In this document: one piece after another, positions 45,714 to 45,983 of the stretch | How positions within the stretch are numbered: the stretch's first letter is position 1 | Layout: every line of letters begins with the position of its first letter | NCBI GenBank assembly: GCA_913050645.1 | Contig: CAJXAG010000001.1 | Location: 1 to 45,983, forward strand | DNA length: 45,983 bases | Direction: 5' to 3' | Source of the DNA: an uncultured bacterium | GTDB lineage: Bacteria; Patescibacteriota; Minisyncoccia; Phycocordibacterales; UBA918 | The notes under the pieces: model-generated | What the model was told of the DNA's origin: nothing | What the model saw: only the letters and a program-made list of their open reading frames with translations | Database searches by the model: none | Translations under genes and position numbers: made by a program

Positions 45714-45983
45714 ATATATCTATTATTCTACCTGAAAGATTTTCTGATTTGGTACGTCATTAACAGTACAAACAAATTATTATGAGAACACAACACTACA
45801 ACTTCGCATACCGAAATATCGAAACCGCCGATGTCAAAAAGGGTGGCGGTATTTTTGCGTCCATGTGTACCCTTCCAGTACGCTTGTCGCAACTCCGATC
45901 TAGCCGTGGGTATGGTTCTCGTAAATCTGCATACTATATGCAAAACTTTTAGCCAAACAAGAAATATCCCCGTGGCTGCATCG

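Noticed and set aside
45728-45943. A 71-aa minus-strand ORF at the window end.
   Set aside because: It has no RBS and an odd composition, and it lies in the upstream region of the SLT-like gene. The evidence is insufficient to call a gene.

Overview
The window reads as a chromosomal segment of a small-genome bacterium. I infer CPR/Patescibacteria-like from gene content and protein peculiarities, but this is not verified. I call about 44 protein-coding genes, mostly housekeeping. They include truB; an archaeal-style glycogen cluster (GT-B synthase-like, GH57, Lys-rich small protein, GH15); rpmG; class I fba; an ABC-2 exporter pair; prmC; hisS; uppP; a DsbA-like protein; a UvrD-type helicase-nuclease; CBS/ArsB-NhaD/CBS; dnaG-rpoD; rpoB-rpoC; rpsP-khpA-nudix-trmD; rnr; and a Tat-signal lytic-transglycosylase-like protein. 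I recognised no rRNA, tRNA, CRISPR array, transposase or integrase. The unusual content is mostly non-protein. (1) A six-copy family of structured elements sits directly after the stop codons of minus-strand genes. Its linker motifs are conserved, both stems covary, and gene-specific outer helices pair with the last codons and stop codon. (2) Palindromic in-frame insertions occur inside prmC and trmD, built on a shared CGTACGTACG-NN-CGTACGTACG unit; prmC also carries a GC-rich 42-nt perfect palindrome. (3) A GC-rich multi-hairpin element downstream of rpoC has a second, truncated copy at the window start. (4) Small orphan-ORF cassettes on the opposite strand flank rpoBC on both sides and share near-identical terminator/leader modules. 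(5) Long perfect palindromes are abundant and several terminator-stem sequences recur. All functional readings of these elements are inference and need covariance-model, comparative and transcript-end tests.
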